From IMG/VR virus record IMGVR_UViG_3300011862_000001, positions 1 through 64,000 of that record: a stretch of 64,000 bases of DNA; one strand, given 5' to 3'. Origin of the DNA: a virus (lineage: Duplodnaviria; Caudoviricetes). A program made the position numbers and the translations under genes. The notes under the pieces are model-generated. The model did no database searches. It had not been told where the DNA came from and saw only the letters and a program-made list of their open reading frames with translations. Shown here piece by piece: positions 16,137-28,100 of the stretch (position 1 is its first letter; each line of letters starts with the position of its first letter).

Positions 16137-19100
16137 TTAACTCGCCTGACGGCTAACGTTTAGCGTCGGCGACGGTTGGGTATACGACGAGTCACGCGGA
16201 GCGCGCGTCGCTGTAGCAGGCGCACCCCCCGCTGAGCTGGAGAGGCTACTGCCACTTTTCATCAAGTCCCGCATCTCAGTTAACAAGGTACGGATTGACT
16301 TGACTTCCATCAGGGTCTGCATACCGACCGTTGCGGTGCCATAACCACCGGCGGACGGTGACATGTCCGAAGGTGCAGCAGCCGGTGTGGATTGCGTCTG
16401 TTGGGCTGCTCGGGCTTCTGCTGCGGCGCGTACTTTCGCTGCATCATCATCCGAGAGTCCATCCGCTTTAGCTTGCGCTTCCACGGTTTTACCGACTTGA
16501 CCCACATCGCTTGTGCCGGATACACCACCACCGCCTGGGACAGGTGTACCACCGGAAGCCGCAAGAACGTTATCCGCTCCCATGGTTCCTTTGGTAGCCA
16601 GTGCCTCAGGACGACGTCCCTGATTATCAGCAGGCAGGTTTTGTGCAGCCCCCGCAGCCCCATTCGCCTGACTCGGTACCGCAGGTGCGGCCCCGGCAGC
16701 AACCGAAGGACTGGAAGACTGTGGCGTTAACCCACTGGTCAGCGATTTGGTGAGACTCGGATTAGCGCCCACGTTGTTCGCCATCACCGAACCCATACGC
16801 CCGTTGAGTTCCTGAATAACCTCATCCAGGGTACGCAACCGTCCCCCTTTGTGGTAGAACACCGAGTAGTTACCCCGCAACACTTTCTGGGTCACACACG
16901 GTGCAGCCGTTGCCGGTGCATTCGGGTTCTCCATCCAGGCACGCAAGAACTGACGACCACCACCTGGCCCTAAGAAGTGGTACAGGTACGCCACCGCAGG
17001 CGGTGGAGCTTTCCCGCCCAAGTCTCTCTGAGCCGCCTCGATGTTGTCACGAATAAACTGCAACCCGAGCAAGGTGTTGGCATGTGGATCGTACTGACCC
17101 ACAGGTCCGCCGTCTTTGGACATCAACGCGCCTGGGATGCCGTAGTTGTTTCCGTACTTCGACATCATCCCGTTCCAGGTTCCGTTAATGAACTGGAACA
17201 GACCCGCTGCGGTAGCCCCTGGGTTTTTGGCAGTGTAGTTAAACTTCGACTCTGCATACGCCATCCCCAAGGCCAGCCCCGGTGGTATCCCCATCTTGTC
17301 GGCGGTTGTGGCAATCATCTTCTTCACGTTTTCAACGTTGTTCAATGACTCCAGTGGGAACTCTTCGACCAACTGCTTGTAGTCCCCTGGTTTCAACTCG
17401 CCGAGATTGACCGCACTGTTACCGGTTGCGTATTTGGCCCAGTTACTCAGACCGCCTACTGCATTGACTGACTGTGACAAGTCATTCGGTACGCCAGTAA
17501 ACCCACTACCGCCGTAACCGCGAGCCGCTTTAAGCTGGGCTTGCTCTTCCGCCGTATAGGTTTGCGTTTGGTCATTGTTACCCGTGGTGCTGTAGAAGTT
17601 GGTGTGTTTATCCTTCTTCTGCCACTGCGCGATTTTACGGTTATCAGAGGTTTTCTCTTTTAACAGTCCACGAATCACCAAGTCTGCCTGCTTCGACAGC
17701 TCTTTCAACGTGGTCAGCTCAGGTTCCACGGAAGATGGGTCGGTGTTCGCACCGTCTTCTTCCCACGGTACCAACGCCACTTCCCACACGGTCTGACGGA
17801 TACCAGCACGCATGTTGTACGCCCGCGAGGTCAATAAGCCGAGCTCGTAGAGATAACCCCCGGTCAATTTAACATTGAGAGGGTCACCTGCGGCATCATA
17901 GCGCTTAAAGCCACACACGTAGAACATAAACGTTGGCAGGAAGCGGTTCACGAACCAGTGGTGTACACGGTCGCCACGCGGCGTTTGCCAGACCTGCGGC
18001 GCGATGATATCCGTCGCACTGGTCCACTTGCCGTTATAGGTACCGGTTTTGGTATCGATATCCGGCAGTACGTAACGTTCCATGTCCTTCAGCATCTGCA
18101 CGTAACCAGAATCGAGGTTCTTCAGACCGTAGGTCTTCATACGCAGCGATTCTAACGCATCGACGTCTTTCTGGTTGAGTTTCCCGAGATGGTCAATTTG
18201 GATTTGAACCTGCTCGGTACCGTCCTCCCAGCCTTCGGTCTTCACGGTGTTGTTGTTACGTTCCGTGTCAAGCTTCTGAAGGGCACCAAAGGCATCCTGC
18301 ACACCGGTGGCGGCTAACGCCTCCGTTCCAGCAGCACGCGCCTTGAACTTGCGGTTCTTGTTGTCTTCCATACGCTTGTTGATATCACGCAGTGTGTCTT
18401 CCTGCACTTCCATGACTTCATCAGCATCCAGGAACTGTGGCGAGGTGAAGGTCACCGTATCCCACACTTTGGACATAAAGCCCTGGTTGACTTTACGGGG
18501 GTCCTCCAGTGCACGCAGCTGAACCGCATCTTTGGTTAAGGCGGTCTTCTCGTAGATGGCTTTCATCTCCGCTTTGCTGAGCTTCTGGGCATCCCCCACA
18601 TCGGCCAACTGGATATCACGGTCCATGCCTTTTAAGGTGGTAAGCCAACGCAGATACACCGGAATGAAACGTTGCAGCATATGCGCCTGGAACGCCAGCA
18701 TTTCGCTCTTGTCCTCAGTGTTTAAGCCGTAACCTGCTGCCAGTTTCTCTACCTCTTTACCACCGAGACCCCGACAGGTTGCCTGGCCTTGTCCGTTAAA
18801 GGAGATAAAGCCTTTCAACTGGTCTTCCAGGTAACGGGCTTTGGCCCCGTCATCCGATGACCATTTGTCGTAGTCACGATAACCATACTGCGCAAGACGC
18901 ATGGTATCGAGGTAGTCCGTGTATGTCGTGGTGGCAATGCGATACGCAGCAATCGACAAGCCGACCCCCGCACCCACCAGTAACGTCACCGGCCACCCGA
19001 GGGTTGCCACGACGCCTGCGGCAGCAGAAGCCACCGGCATGATAAGACCACGCATTGCTGCCCCACCCAACATCTTGGCACCACCCGAGGCCAACCACCA

Positions 19101-22100
19101 GGCCCCTTTCGCCATCAGTCCGGCCGGTTTAAACAAGCCCCATTTGGCAACGGTCCCCACGATACTCCCCACAGTGCTCAGAATCGACACCAGCGGTCCC
19201 ACCAACGGCAGGGATTTCAGCATGTCCATAATGCCGCCCTTCTTCTTACTCTCGCCAGGACGACGTGGACCCACGAAATCATCGTGCTCAGGACGTTGAC
19301 GACGGAAGAACTGGAAGTAATCGCGTTTCTCACCGGCCGCGTTAAACTTCACACGCCGGGCGAACTTCGAATACATCCCACGCAAGAAGCCTTCACTGGC
19401 CCCGGATTGCTCCAGTGACGTACGCATGGTGTTTAACCAGCCTACCTCTTGCAGGTCAACCATCTTGTTCAAGCGGTCTAATACCCGTGCACCAATCGAC
19501 TTGGCCTGACGACGCCCGGTGTTAATCAGATTACCGGCAGCATCCCGCAACCCTTCGACATCATCCATTGCCGCACTACGGATTTTGGCTTTCGAAAAAC
19601 GACCCTTACGGTACAGACGGTCACGATAGAAGGCTGCGGTATCATCATCGCGTCCTAACAACCGACGCTCGACTTCATAGCGGGTACCCATATCGTGTTC
19701 GGCTTCACGGAACGAGTCAGCGGTCTCATCCCAACGATTACCGAAGTCGGTCATTCCAGCGTGTGCTGCATTACGCTTGTTCGCAAGCCAACTACCTGCC
19801 CGGTCCCAACGTCCTGCCCATTTGTTACGCCATCTGCGACGGATACGGGCAGCGGTACGCCGTCCGCGACGTTTCAACTGACCACGTAACCGGTTGAGGG
19901 TTTTCGAGCCAGAAACGCCTTTCTCCATCTCCTCCGTCCACGCTTCATCTTCGGGTTCACCTGCCATGCGCTGGTTAAGCAGCTTGTAGATGCGAATCAG
20001 AATGTGGTTGGTTTTGTGGCTACTGGAGACCCCACCGAACAGCGAGTTACCGCTAAACCAATTGCTACCCCCACCCTGTCCCCGGTTCTGCCACCACCGG
20101 GTTAACGGGTTGTTCGTTGCCAGGTGCTTAAGCTTACCCGGAATCCCCATGATAAGGTCACGGGCTTTGCCGGCTGTGCGTGCTAAGCGACTGAAGATAC
20201 GACCGAGCGGGCTTTTCACTTCCCGGCCCCATTTATCGACCAGCGCAAACTCTGGGTTTTGCAAGTCGGCTTGGGTAATCACCGCATTGCCGTTGATATC
20301 GTCAATCGGACCACTGATATCGCTGACCTTAAACACCGGTTGGTGCGTAAGGGTGTTGATATAGTGCCCCTGACGCATCAGGTTGGCATAAAGACGCGGA
20401 TTGGCATCACCCTTCACGTAAATGTCAGGAAGGCCTGTGAGCCACTCCTGGGCCGTTCTAATCGGGTCACGCAGTTTAGCCAGCACTTTGCCTGGCAGCT
20501 TCATCATGCTGTTTGCCACACCGCCTGCTTTCCCGGCAATCACCTGGAACAGACTTTGCAGCTTACCGCCTTTGTAGTAACGTAGTTTCCCGGCAGCGGC
20601 TAACTCTGCTGCGGTCAGAATCACGTTACCGTCTTCATCAACGATATCCCGCCCTAAACGAATATCATCCAGAGTAAGCAACTGTTTCGGGGTTGACCCT
20701 TGACCTTTGCCCACCTGGTAGTATTCCCCGGCTTCGAGTTTCTTGCCTTGCAGCACCACCCGACCCCGTTCATCGTAGATATCCTTGACACCCAACAGAC
20801 CTTTACCGAATGCACTGACAGTATTAAATGCCCCACCTATCCCGCCTTGAATCAATCCACGGGCACGGGCAAATAAACCCGGACCATCTGATGGACCACC
20901 AAAGCGACCGCGCATCCAGGAACCGAAGCGACCTAAACGGTTCTTGGCACCAAGAGCGCCACGTTTGGCTAAACCAAAGGCACCGCCTGCGGTATCGGCA
21001 ATCAAACCACCCCAGCGACGGAACAGTCCGCTTTCACCCAACACAATGCGGCGACGACCTGGACCACCACCCGGACGCGGAGGACCGTGGGGTTCATCAT
21101 CTCCACCACCGCCTTCACCCCCGACCAACGAGGCTAACAGCACACCTTGCTCATCCATCGATTTGACGTGCGCTAAGATTTTCTCGTTAATCTCGGTAAC
21201 GCCGGCCAGGTTATTGGCACGAATCGCTTCGATTATCCGGTCAGTCTCGGTGGTAGCCGCCCCTTGACCTACGCCTTTTAACAAGTCAACAAAGTTGGTC
21301 TCGGTTTCGCCATAGAGCACCCGTGCCAGTTGATACGGGGTCATGCCCTTGCCTTTACCACGCCCCCCTTTACCGCCTTTACCCCCTGGACCACCCGGGC
21401 CACCGGACGGACCGATGTTATCCCCTAAGATATCATCGAAGCCACCGCCGTAGCGTTGACGCAGTAAGTCAGCCAAGGCGGAGTTATTGCGCAGCTTCTT
21501 CTGAATCTCTTGGTCAAGCGATAACGCACGACCTGAACGGGTTTTGCCCATGCGGGTGTCGTTAAACAGCGAGAAGGGATCGGTTAAGTCTTTATCAGCG
21601 CCAAACTGTCCGGTCTTTTTATCGACCCCAAAGATACCCGCATCGCGTAACGCACGCTCACCATAAATGGCAGCGGCTTCATCGATGGATTTCTGGTAAC
21701 CGTTAACCTGAGCACGAGCACTGCGAAAGCGGTCTTCCAGTTCGTTCGACAGCTCGTAGTTCCCGCCGGTCATCCCGGTGGCTTTCTCTTGTAACAGACT
21801 TACCACGCGATCAGCCGCTGCGCTTGGCATATAGCGCATTAAATGCGTGCTGTCTTTCAGGATACTGTCGACGTTCATCGAACGACCCAGTGCAACACGG
21901 CTTTCCAGATAGTCAGCCAGGTGCTGGCGGTCTTTCGGGGTAAGGGTGTTTTTAGGATCGATATAGTTGACGATCTCCTGAATGGTCTCCTGGTGTTTCA
22001 GACGACCGCTGTCGTTGGCCACATGCTTACGTACGCGGTCCGCAATCTCACGCCGTTGGGTAAACCCACGGGTGGTAATGTCGTATTCCAAATCCGCGTG

Positions 22101-23534
22101 CTCACCGTAGCCACGGCGAATGGATTTGTTGATTTCTGATAACCAGGCCGGGATAATCTCGGTCAGCGCAAGATGGGCACGACGGTCGAATTTGGCCACA
22201 CGGTTGAGGGCTTCACCGTCACGTTGGTCAAGAAACGCCCGTTCGCGTTGCATCGGGTTAATGATGCCAAAGTCGCGCCCCATGCGAAACACGTTGGCAG
22301 CGGTACCGTCTTCTTCCCCGGCTATCGCGGAGTTCGAGATAGTCCCTTGCGTCCAGCCACGCATCTTAAACTGGGCTTGGTGCAGCTTAGACATGTACTC
22401 GGGACGTTGTTCCATCCATTCCCGGGTTTTGCCTTGCAGCTTCTCAATCTGAGGACCAACCAGCTTTTTGGTGATGAGCTTGGTCAGCCAACCTGCCGCT
22501 TTCTCCTGACCGTTACGCTTACGCGCTTCGGGAGACAAAGCTGACTGGTCGTCCATGTCGAAGTCGTCTTCAGTAAGCGAGCCACCGCCCATTTCCAACA
22601 ACGAACGAATATCACCAAATGCCCCGGTAATTTTCTTCGACAGGTTGTCCCTGACTTGGTTCATGAACTCTTCGCCGTAGCGCAGGGGGTTCATCCAGTC
22701 TGCGGCTTTGCGTTTGATGTTCGCCCAATGAATCTCAGAGAACTCTTCTTTGGCGTAGTCGGGTAAGGCGGTGTTCTTAACTATCGCTTCCAGTGCCGGG
22801 GTGTTACGCTCGAACTCGCTTTGTTTGAGCTTGGCAATGTCTTGCAGTGCGAACAGGGTGCGGTATTGCAGTTCAAGCTGCTTACGCTGCACATTTAAGA
22901 ATACCCCTTTCGACAACCCGGTTTGGGTACTGACGTCCCGGGCAATCCCGAGGACGGTATTCATCAACGCATCAGACTTCATGTCCGAGACGGCTTGACG
23001 GATACGATCCTCTGTCGCTTCCTTACGCGCATCTGCCTGTTCTTCTGGCGACATGTCAGCCTGACCACCGCCGAACACCTCACCCATCATCCTATCGATG
23101 CCAGCCTGTTGGGCGTCGTAAGGACTTCCTTGGTAGCCACCGTCGGTCTTGCTGCGTGCCCATTTCTGAATCGGGTCAGTCAACTTATTGGGCAAGTATT
23201 TGCGCATCGTCGGACCCAATTGTCGGGCCTGTTGCGCAATGACACGCTCAGTCTTGAGTATCTCGTCTTTGGTATGAGCGTAAACGTCTTTTGCTACGCC
23301 AGCTGCGTTTTGATAACCGTCATACGCTTCGGACGCAGGCTTGGGCATCCCTTTCAGAATGACCTGATCGCGTTTGCCTTTTGGCCACACAGTGGCTAAG
23401 GCAGACCTGCCCATACTTTTTGCAACGTTGAGAATTGGGTTGCGCGATTTGGTGTCTTGACGCGGGGGATCGCTAAAATCGTCCCACTCCATATCGTCAA
23501 AATCTAAATCGTCGAAATCATCTTTCTTTGCCAT
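16137..23534 (-). CDS. tape measure protein with lytic transglycosylase (SLT) domain (phiKZ gp181-like)
   Basis: ~2,465 aa from MAKKDD; AESKFNYTAKNPGATAAGLFQFINGTW SLT motif; central hydrophobic segments; divergent from the RNAP beta' gene. Confidence 0.88.
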   Translation of the reverse strand: MAKKDDFDDLDFDDMEWDDFSDPPRQDTKSRNPILNVAKSMGRSALATVWPKGKRDQVILKGMPKPASEAYDGYQNAAGVAKDVYAHTKDEILKTERVIAQQARQLGPTMRKYLPNKLTDPIQKWARSKTDGGYQGSPYDAQQAGIDRMMGEVFGGGQADMSPEEQADARKEATEDRIRQAVSDMKSDALMNTVLGIARDVSTQTGLSKGVFLNVQRKQLELQYRTLFALQDIAKLKQSEFERNTPALEAIVKNTALPDYAKEEFSEIHWANIKRKAADWMNPLRYGEEFMNQVRDNLSKKITGAFGDIRSLLEMGGGSLTEDDFDMDDQSALSPEARKRNGQEKAAGWLTKLITKKLVGPQIEKLQGKTREWMEQRPEYMSKLHQAQFKMRGWTQGTISNSAIAGEEDGTAANVFRMGRDFGIINPMQRERAFLDQRDGEALNRVAKFDRRAHLALTEIIPAWLSEINKSIRRGYGEHADLEYDITTRGFTQRREIADRVRKHVANDSGRLKHQETIQEIVNYIDPKNTLTPKDRQHLADYLESRVALGRSMNVDSILKDSTHLMRYMPSAAADRVVSLLQEKATGMTGGNYELSNELEDRFRSARAQVNGYQKSIDEAAAIYGERALRDAGIFGVDKKTGQFGADKDLTDPFSLFNDTRMGKTRSGRALSLDQEIQKKLRNNSALADLLRQRYGGGFDDILGDNIGPSGGPGGPGGKGGKGGRGKGKGMTPYQLARVLYGETETNFVDLLKGVGQGAATTETDRIIEAIRANNLAGVTEINEKILAHVKSMDEQGVLLASLVGGEGGGGDDEPHGPPRPGGGPGRRRIVLGESGLFRRWGGLIADTAGGAFGLAKRGALGAKNRLGRFGSWMRGRFGGPSDGPGLFARARGLIQGGIGGAFNTVSAFGKGLLGVKDIYDERGRVVLQGKKLEAGEYYQVGKGQGSTPKQLLTLDDIRLGRDIVDEDGNVILTAAELAAAGKLRYYKGGKLQSLFQVIAGKAGGVANSMMKLPGKVLAKLRDPIRTAQEWLTGLPDIYVKGDANPRLYANLMRQGHYINTLTHQPVFKVSDISGPIDDINGNAVITQADLQNPEFALVDKWGREVKSPLGRIFSRLARTAGKARDLIMGIPGKLKHLATNNPLTRWWQNRGQGGGSNWFSGNSLFGGVSSSHKTNHILIRIYKLLNQRMAGEPEDEAWTEEMEKGVSGSKTLNRLRGQLKRRGRRTAARIRRRWRNKWAGRWDRAGSWLANKRNAAHAGMTDFGNRWDETADSFREAEHDMGTRYEVERRLLGRDDDTAAFYRDRLYRKGRFSKAKIRSAAMDDVEGLRDAAGNLINTGRRQAKSIGARVLDRLNKMVDLQEVGWLNTMRTSLEQSGASEGFLRGMYSKFARRVKFNAAGEKRDYFQFFRRQRPEHDDFVGPRRPGESKKKGGIMDMLKSLPLVGPLVSILSTVGSIVGTVAKWGLFKPAGLMAKGAWWLASGGAKMLGGAAMRGLIMPVASAAAGVVATLGWPVTLLVGAGVGLSIAAYRIATTTYTDYLDTMRLAQYGYRDYDKWSSDDGAKARYLEDQLKGFISFNGQGQATCRGLGGKEVEKLAAGYGLNTEDKSEMLAFQAHMLQRFIPVYLRWLTTLKGMDRDIQLADVGDAQKLSKAEMKAIYEKTALTKDAVQLRALEDPRKVNQGFMSKVWDTVTFTSPQFLDADEVMEVQEDTLRDINKRMEDNKNRKFKARAAGTEALAATGVQDAFGALQKLDTERNNNTVKTEGWEDGTEQVQIQIDHLGKLNQKDVDALESLRMKTYGLKNLDSGYVQMLKDMERYVLPDIDTKTGTYNGKWTSATDIIAPQVWQTPRGDRVHHWFVNRFLPTFMFYVCGFKRYDAAGDPLNVKLTGGYLYELGLLTSRAYNMRAGIRQTVWEVALVPWEEDGANTDPSSVEPELTTLKELSKQADLVIRGLLKEKTSDNRKIAQWQKKDKHTNFYSTTGNNDQTQTYTAEEQAQLKAARGYGGSGFTGVPNDLSQSVNAVGGLSNWAKYATGNSAVNLGELKPGDYKQLVEEFPLESLNNVENVKKMIATTADKMGIPPGLALGMAYAESKFNYTAKNPGATAAGLFQFINGTWNGMMSKYGNNYGIPGALMSKDGGPVGQYDPHANTLLGLQFIRDNIEAAQRDLGGKAPPPAVAYLYHFLGPGGGRQFLRAWMENPNAPATAAPCVTQKVLRGNYSVFYHKGGRLRTLDEVIQELNGRMGSVMANNVGANPSLTKSLTSGLTPQSSSPSVAAGAAPAVPSQANGAAGAAQNLPADNQGRRPEALATKGTMGADNVLAASGGTPVPGGGGVSGTSDVGQVGKTVEAQAKADGLSDDDAAKVRAAAEARAAQQTQSTPAAAPSDMSPSAGGYGTATVGMQTLMEVKSIRTLLTEMRDLMKSGSSLSSSAGGAPATATRAPRDSSYTQPSPTLNVSRQAS

Positions 23535-23563
23535 CTTTTTTATTTCCAATTCAGGAGCTTAAC

Positions 23564-25177
23564 GTGAAGAAGCTAAACTGGGTTGACATTTACTTGTTAA
23601 ACGTCAACAAGTCCCTGGTGTCACATTTGAAACCGGTGACAACTACTGACACTTTCCAGGGCATGACGAAAAACTTTCACCCGGAAGGCCTCTACTCCAC
23701 CGAAATCTTCGGTTTGACAGGTAGCGAAGCGCGCGACAGTACCTTTTCGTACATCGACGTCAAGCTGGACATAATCTCACCTACTGTCTGTCTGGGATTG
23801 TTCGGATTAAAGCAACTCTACGAAGAGATTTGCTCCGGTAAACGTTTTGCAGTCTGGAATGAAAAAGAAAAAGATTTTACGCCAGCCCTGCCCAGTGATA
23901 AAGGTGCAGACACTGGCATGAATTTCTTTTTGAAGCATTACCGTGAGTTGAACCCGGCCCGTAATGATTCGATGCGTCGCGATGACTCGCTCGATTTCTT
24001 TTTCAAATTCCGTGACGTCAGTATCTCACAACACGTCCTCGTGCTCCCAGCCGGTCTGCGTGACCTGGTGGTGCGTGAAGATGGTCGTGACCAGGAAGAA
24101 GAAATCGGCGGTTTGTACCGTCGACTTATTACCCTGTCGCGGGCGGTCCCTGACCGCAATGTCCGCACTGAACTGACTGACCCGGTACGCTGGAAACTCC
24201 AGCAGGCCTACAACGACATCTGGATGTACTTCTTTAACATCCTCGATGGCAAGGGCGGTTTTACCCGCCGGAAGGTAACGTCCCGTAAACTGATGAACGG
24301 TACCCGTAACGTTCTGTCCTCGTTTTCAACGGGGTCGAAGGTCATGGGGCGTGAAGACCAGGTGCGAGCAACCGATACGCGTATCGGGCTGTACCAAGGT
24401 CTTAAAGCAATGCTGCCGGTTGCGCAGTATAACATCCGCGAACGTTATCTGAGCCAAATCCGTGCCGGTGACGGCAACCTCTACGGTGTCAACATCAAAA
24501 CCCTGAAACGGGAACTCCTCGAAGTCAAAGGTAAGGTCTATGACCTGTACACCACAGACGACGGGATAGAGAAGTTGATTAACCGTATGGAGGTGCGTGA
24601 ACTGCGACATGCCCCGCTGTGCATCGATAAAGACCACTACGTGGCTCTCATCTATCAAGATGCGAAACACTTTAAGGTGTTCTTTGATATCGATGAACTG
24701 CCTCCCGAACGAGACCGCAAGAAAGTACGCGGTATTTCACTCGGCGAGTTATTGTACCTGTCTGGGTACGACTTGTGGAATGACTACTTCCTCTTCTTAA
24801 CCCGCTACCCCATTATTGGGCGCGGTTCGACGTACTCCTCGACCATAAGATTGGAGACCACGGTCTCCTCCATGTACCTCCATGAGTTGGAGGATGACTG
24901 GACCACCGCGAAAGCGAAAGGGGCAATTAGCTTCCCCGATCGCAACACGCCAACGTGGGTAGAATCAATGGCACCGCACCCTTCACGTTTGAAAGGGTTG
25001 AACGGGGATTACGATGGTGATACCGGCTCGGGTAACGTGCCGTTCTCGCAAGAAGCAATGGAAGAAAACCTCCGCTGGGTTAACTCGAAGAATTACTGGT
25101 TCACGACGAACGGCGAATTTAAAATAGCCCCCATTAACGACGTAATCGAGCGTGCGATCAACTCGCTGCTCCAGTAG
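23564..25177 (+). CDS. virion RNA polymerase beta' subunit, N-terminal/catalytic fragment (phiKZ gp180-like)
   Basis: GLYSTEIFG, VLPAGLRD, RYP and NGDYDGD metal-binding motif; GTG 23564 with AGGAG SD. Confidence 0.9.
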   Translation: MKKLNWVDIYLLNVNKSLVSHLKPVTTTDTFQGMTKNFHPEGLYSTEIFGLTGSEARDSTFSYIDVKLDIISPTVCLGLFGLKQLYEEICSGKRFAVWNEKEKDFTPALPSDKGADTGMNFFLKHYRELNPARNDSMRRDDSLDFFFKFRDVSISQHVLVLPAGLRDLVVREDGRDQEEEIGGLYRRLITLSRAVPDRNVRTELTDPVRWKLQQAYNDIWMYFFNILDGKGGFTRRKVTSRKLMNGTRNVLSSFSTGSKVMGREDQVRATDTRIGLYQGLKAMLPVAQYNIRERYLSQIRAGDGNLYGVNIKTLKRELLEVKGKVYDLYTTDDGIEKLINRMEVRELRHAPLCIDKDHYVALIYQDAKHFKVFFDIDELPPERDRKKVRGISLGELLYLSGYDLWNDYFLFLTRYPIIGRGSTYSSTIRLETTVSSMYLHELEDDWTTAKAKGAISFPDRNTPTWVESMAPHPSRLKGLNGDYDGDTGSGNVPFSQEAMEENLRWVNSKNYWFTTNGEFKIAPINDVIERAINSLLQ

Positions 25178-25196
25178 CGAGTAAAAAGGTAACCAT

Positions 25197-28100
25197 ATGC
25201 TGCTTCTTAAACAATTTAATCAGCGCTTTTCGGTGCGCAAAACGGATGAGTTCGGGAAACCGCGCATCATTCCGTTGGAACGTTTGCAGATTCCGCGTGG
25301 CTCTACGTTCCACACTGTTGACCTTGACCAAACGGTACTGGCTCCGCCGGCCAGTACCCCGTATTTCCAAGAGCTGGAAAAACCAGCCCAAGTGCGTCAT
25401 CACTTTAAACTGCCAGAAGATGGCATCTCGGGTAAACCTATCGCCGTACCGGTACAAGGACAGGAACGCGCTATCCTGGCCTACCACCGTGCGAACCGTC
25501 GCTTCCGTCGTCTGAGCATGTCTGATGAACTGGTGCGTACTGACCCGAAAGTGCTGCTTATCGAAAACTACACCCCGATGTTGCCGCACTATCGCTACCC
25601 AGACACCATGATGGCCTGGTATGACCGTCTGCGTAACGTGCAGGTCGCAATGACTGACCAGTTGCGTTATGACAGTGCGGAGTACCTGCGTCAGAACTAT
25701 ATCCTGGTCAACATCGGTTCTACCTTACCGGCGTTTGACAAGTTCAAGAACACCTACAAAGACCGTGTGAAAACCAAACTGGAACGTTTCCAAAGCTTTG
25801 AGCTCTTGTGGTTGCTCGAGCTGTTTGGTTGGGCGATTGGCGACCAATCCGCTACGCTGTTTGCCGGTTTTGACATGACCCAGCTGTCCCGTATCAACTT
25901 CATCTTTACTCACAACGGTGGGTTCTCGGTGATGAATATGGGTCTGGTTGAGAAGATGCGTAAGACCGCTGGCGGTCGCTTAAGCGATGACCAGATGGCG
26001 CGTGCATTCTATCGTACCCTGATTCACGTTATGACCACCAAACCGGATGTCGCAGCTGACGTTGAGTTTGAAGACGTCACCGGTGAAACGGTTGCGGTCA
26101 CCACCGATCCGGTTGAAGACGATGCGGTAGACGGGGCTGACGCGGCACTGGACGATGACGTTCAATTGCCAGAAGACCCGGTAGATGACTTTGACGTCAA
26201 AGAAGACGTGGTCATCGACAGCCCGAAAGAAGATGTCAAGCCGACCACTATCGTGGTTGAGAAATCTATCGACCATGCGGCAGTGATTAAGCAGGAAGTG
26301 GAGAAACTGGCGGAAGCCGGGCGGGTATCGGCGAAAGCCTACAAATACCTAAACGACGCTTCTGAACGCTTTGCGGCGATGCCTAACCCGTATAACCCGA
26401 AAGAGACGTACGGTGAAGCGATTCGTATCGAAGCCAAAGACATCGCGATTAAACCTGCGCAGACCCTGCGCGAAACCGTGGTAACGACCCAGGACTGGAC
26501 ACAGTCTTCTGTTGATGCCATTAACACGAAGTACAACAAAGAAATCCTGCCGAAGGATATTCTTGCTGCGGTGGCCTCCTCCCAACGACTGGGTCTGGCC
26601 ATTCACAATCACACGGTGGAGAAACAAGTTTCAGTCACCGGTAACGTGGAACACCATGTCCTGCGTGTTCAGCCAATCGGTGGGGAACCGGTAACGGTCC
26701 GTTTCCAAGTTCCCTCCTTGACTGAAGACGGTACGTGGATTGCCAACGGTACCGAGTACACCATGCGCCGTCAACGTGTCGATGTGCCGATTCGTAAAAT
26801 CGACTTTGACACGGTAGCGCTGACTACCGCCTACGGGAAGAACTTCGTGCGCCGCAGTGATAAAGTGGTGAACGACTACGGCCGTTGGTTAACCAACGCG
26901 ATTATCGTGCGGGCCGTAGACCCGAAAGACACCACCATTACCGATGCCAAGCTTGCCAACGTGTTCGACCCGTTAAGCACGCTACCGCGTCAGTACACGA
27001 TGGTGTCACGGCGTATCTCCACCTTTAACGCCATCAGTTACAGTTGGAACTTTGACAGCAAAGCCATCCCGGATTTCTTCGGGGCGGAACAAGTGAAGTC
27101 AATGACCAAAAAAGAACTGGTGCCGGTCGCGAAAGGTCGCGGTGGTGTGATGCTCGGCATGGACAGCCATTCGCAGATGTACAAAGTGACGGGAGACAAA
27201 ATCGAGCCGCAGGGCACGTTGGCAGAAGTGTTATCCATTGATGTCAGCAAAACCCCGCGCGAGATGACCGAGCTGTCCCTGATGGGTAAAGCGCTGTCTC
27301 TGGGCTTTGTGTTCTCCTTCTACCTGGGTCTTACTGGCATGATGCGCCACTTTGGCATTCGTTACGAAATTCTGCCACCAGGACAACGTATTGATAAAAC
27401 CGTCTACGACTCGGTGTTCCGTTTATCGGATACCAAAATCGTGGCGATGTGTGATAATGACAAACAGCGAATGATTCTCAACGGGATGGACAAGTACATC
27501 AAGTACCTGACCACCTACACGGAATCAGAAGTGGACCGTGAAGACATTTATCTTAACCTGATACGCGATGCAGATGGGCTGACCCCACGCTACATCAACG
27601 AGCTTCGACTGATGCGGACCGCGTTCGTCGATGACATGCATGCACGTATCCTGCGTAAGATGGGCGAACCGGAAACCTTCATTGGGCTGTTAGAGCGTTC
27701 CAACGAAATGTTGCAGAACGACTTCACTAAGCCGGAAATCAACGGCGATGAGATGATGTTCGTCGGGAACCAGCGTATTGCCTACCACGTCTACACGGCG
27801 ATTGTCCGGGCACAGCGCAACTACCTGAATGCGCCGGGCAGTAACCGTCGCTTCGAACTCTCGCAGGACATGGTCTGGGGGGCAATCAACTCCGACCCGT
27901 CGGTGCTGTTGGCACCGGGGGCAAACCCGATACAGACCATTAAAGAAAAAGACGTTGTGACCATGGGTGGTACCGGAGGACGTAACCGCAAAACCATGGT
28001 TTACCATACGCGTGAGTTCCCTGAATCCGATTTAGGGATAGTCTCTGGCAACACCGTCGATAACGGTGATGTGGGGATTACCGCGTTCTTAACTAACAAT

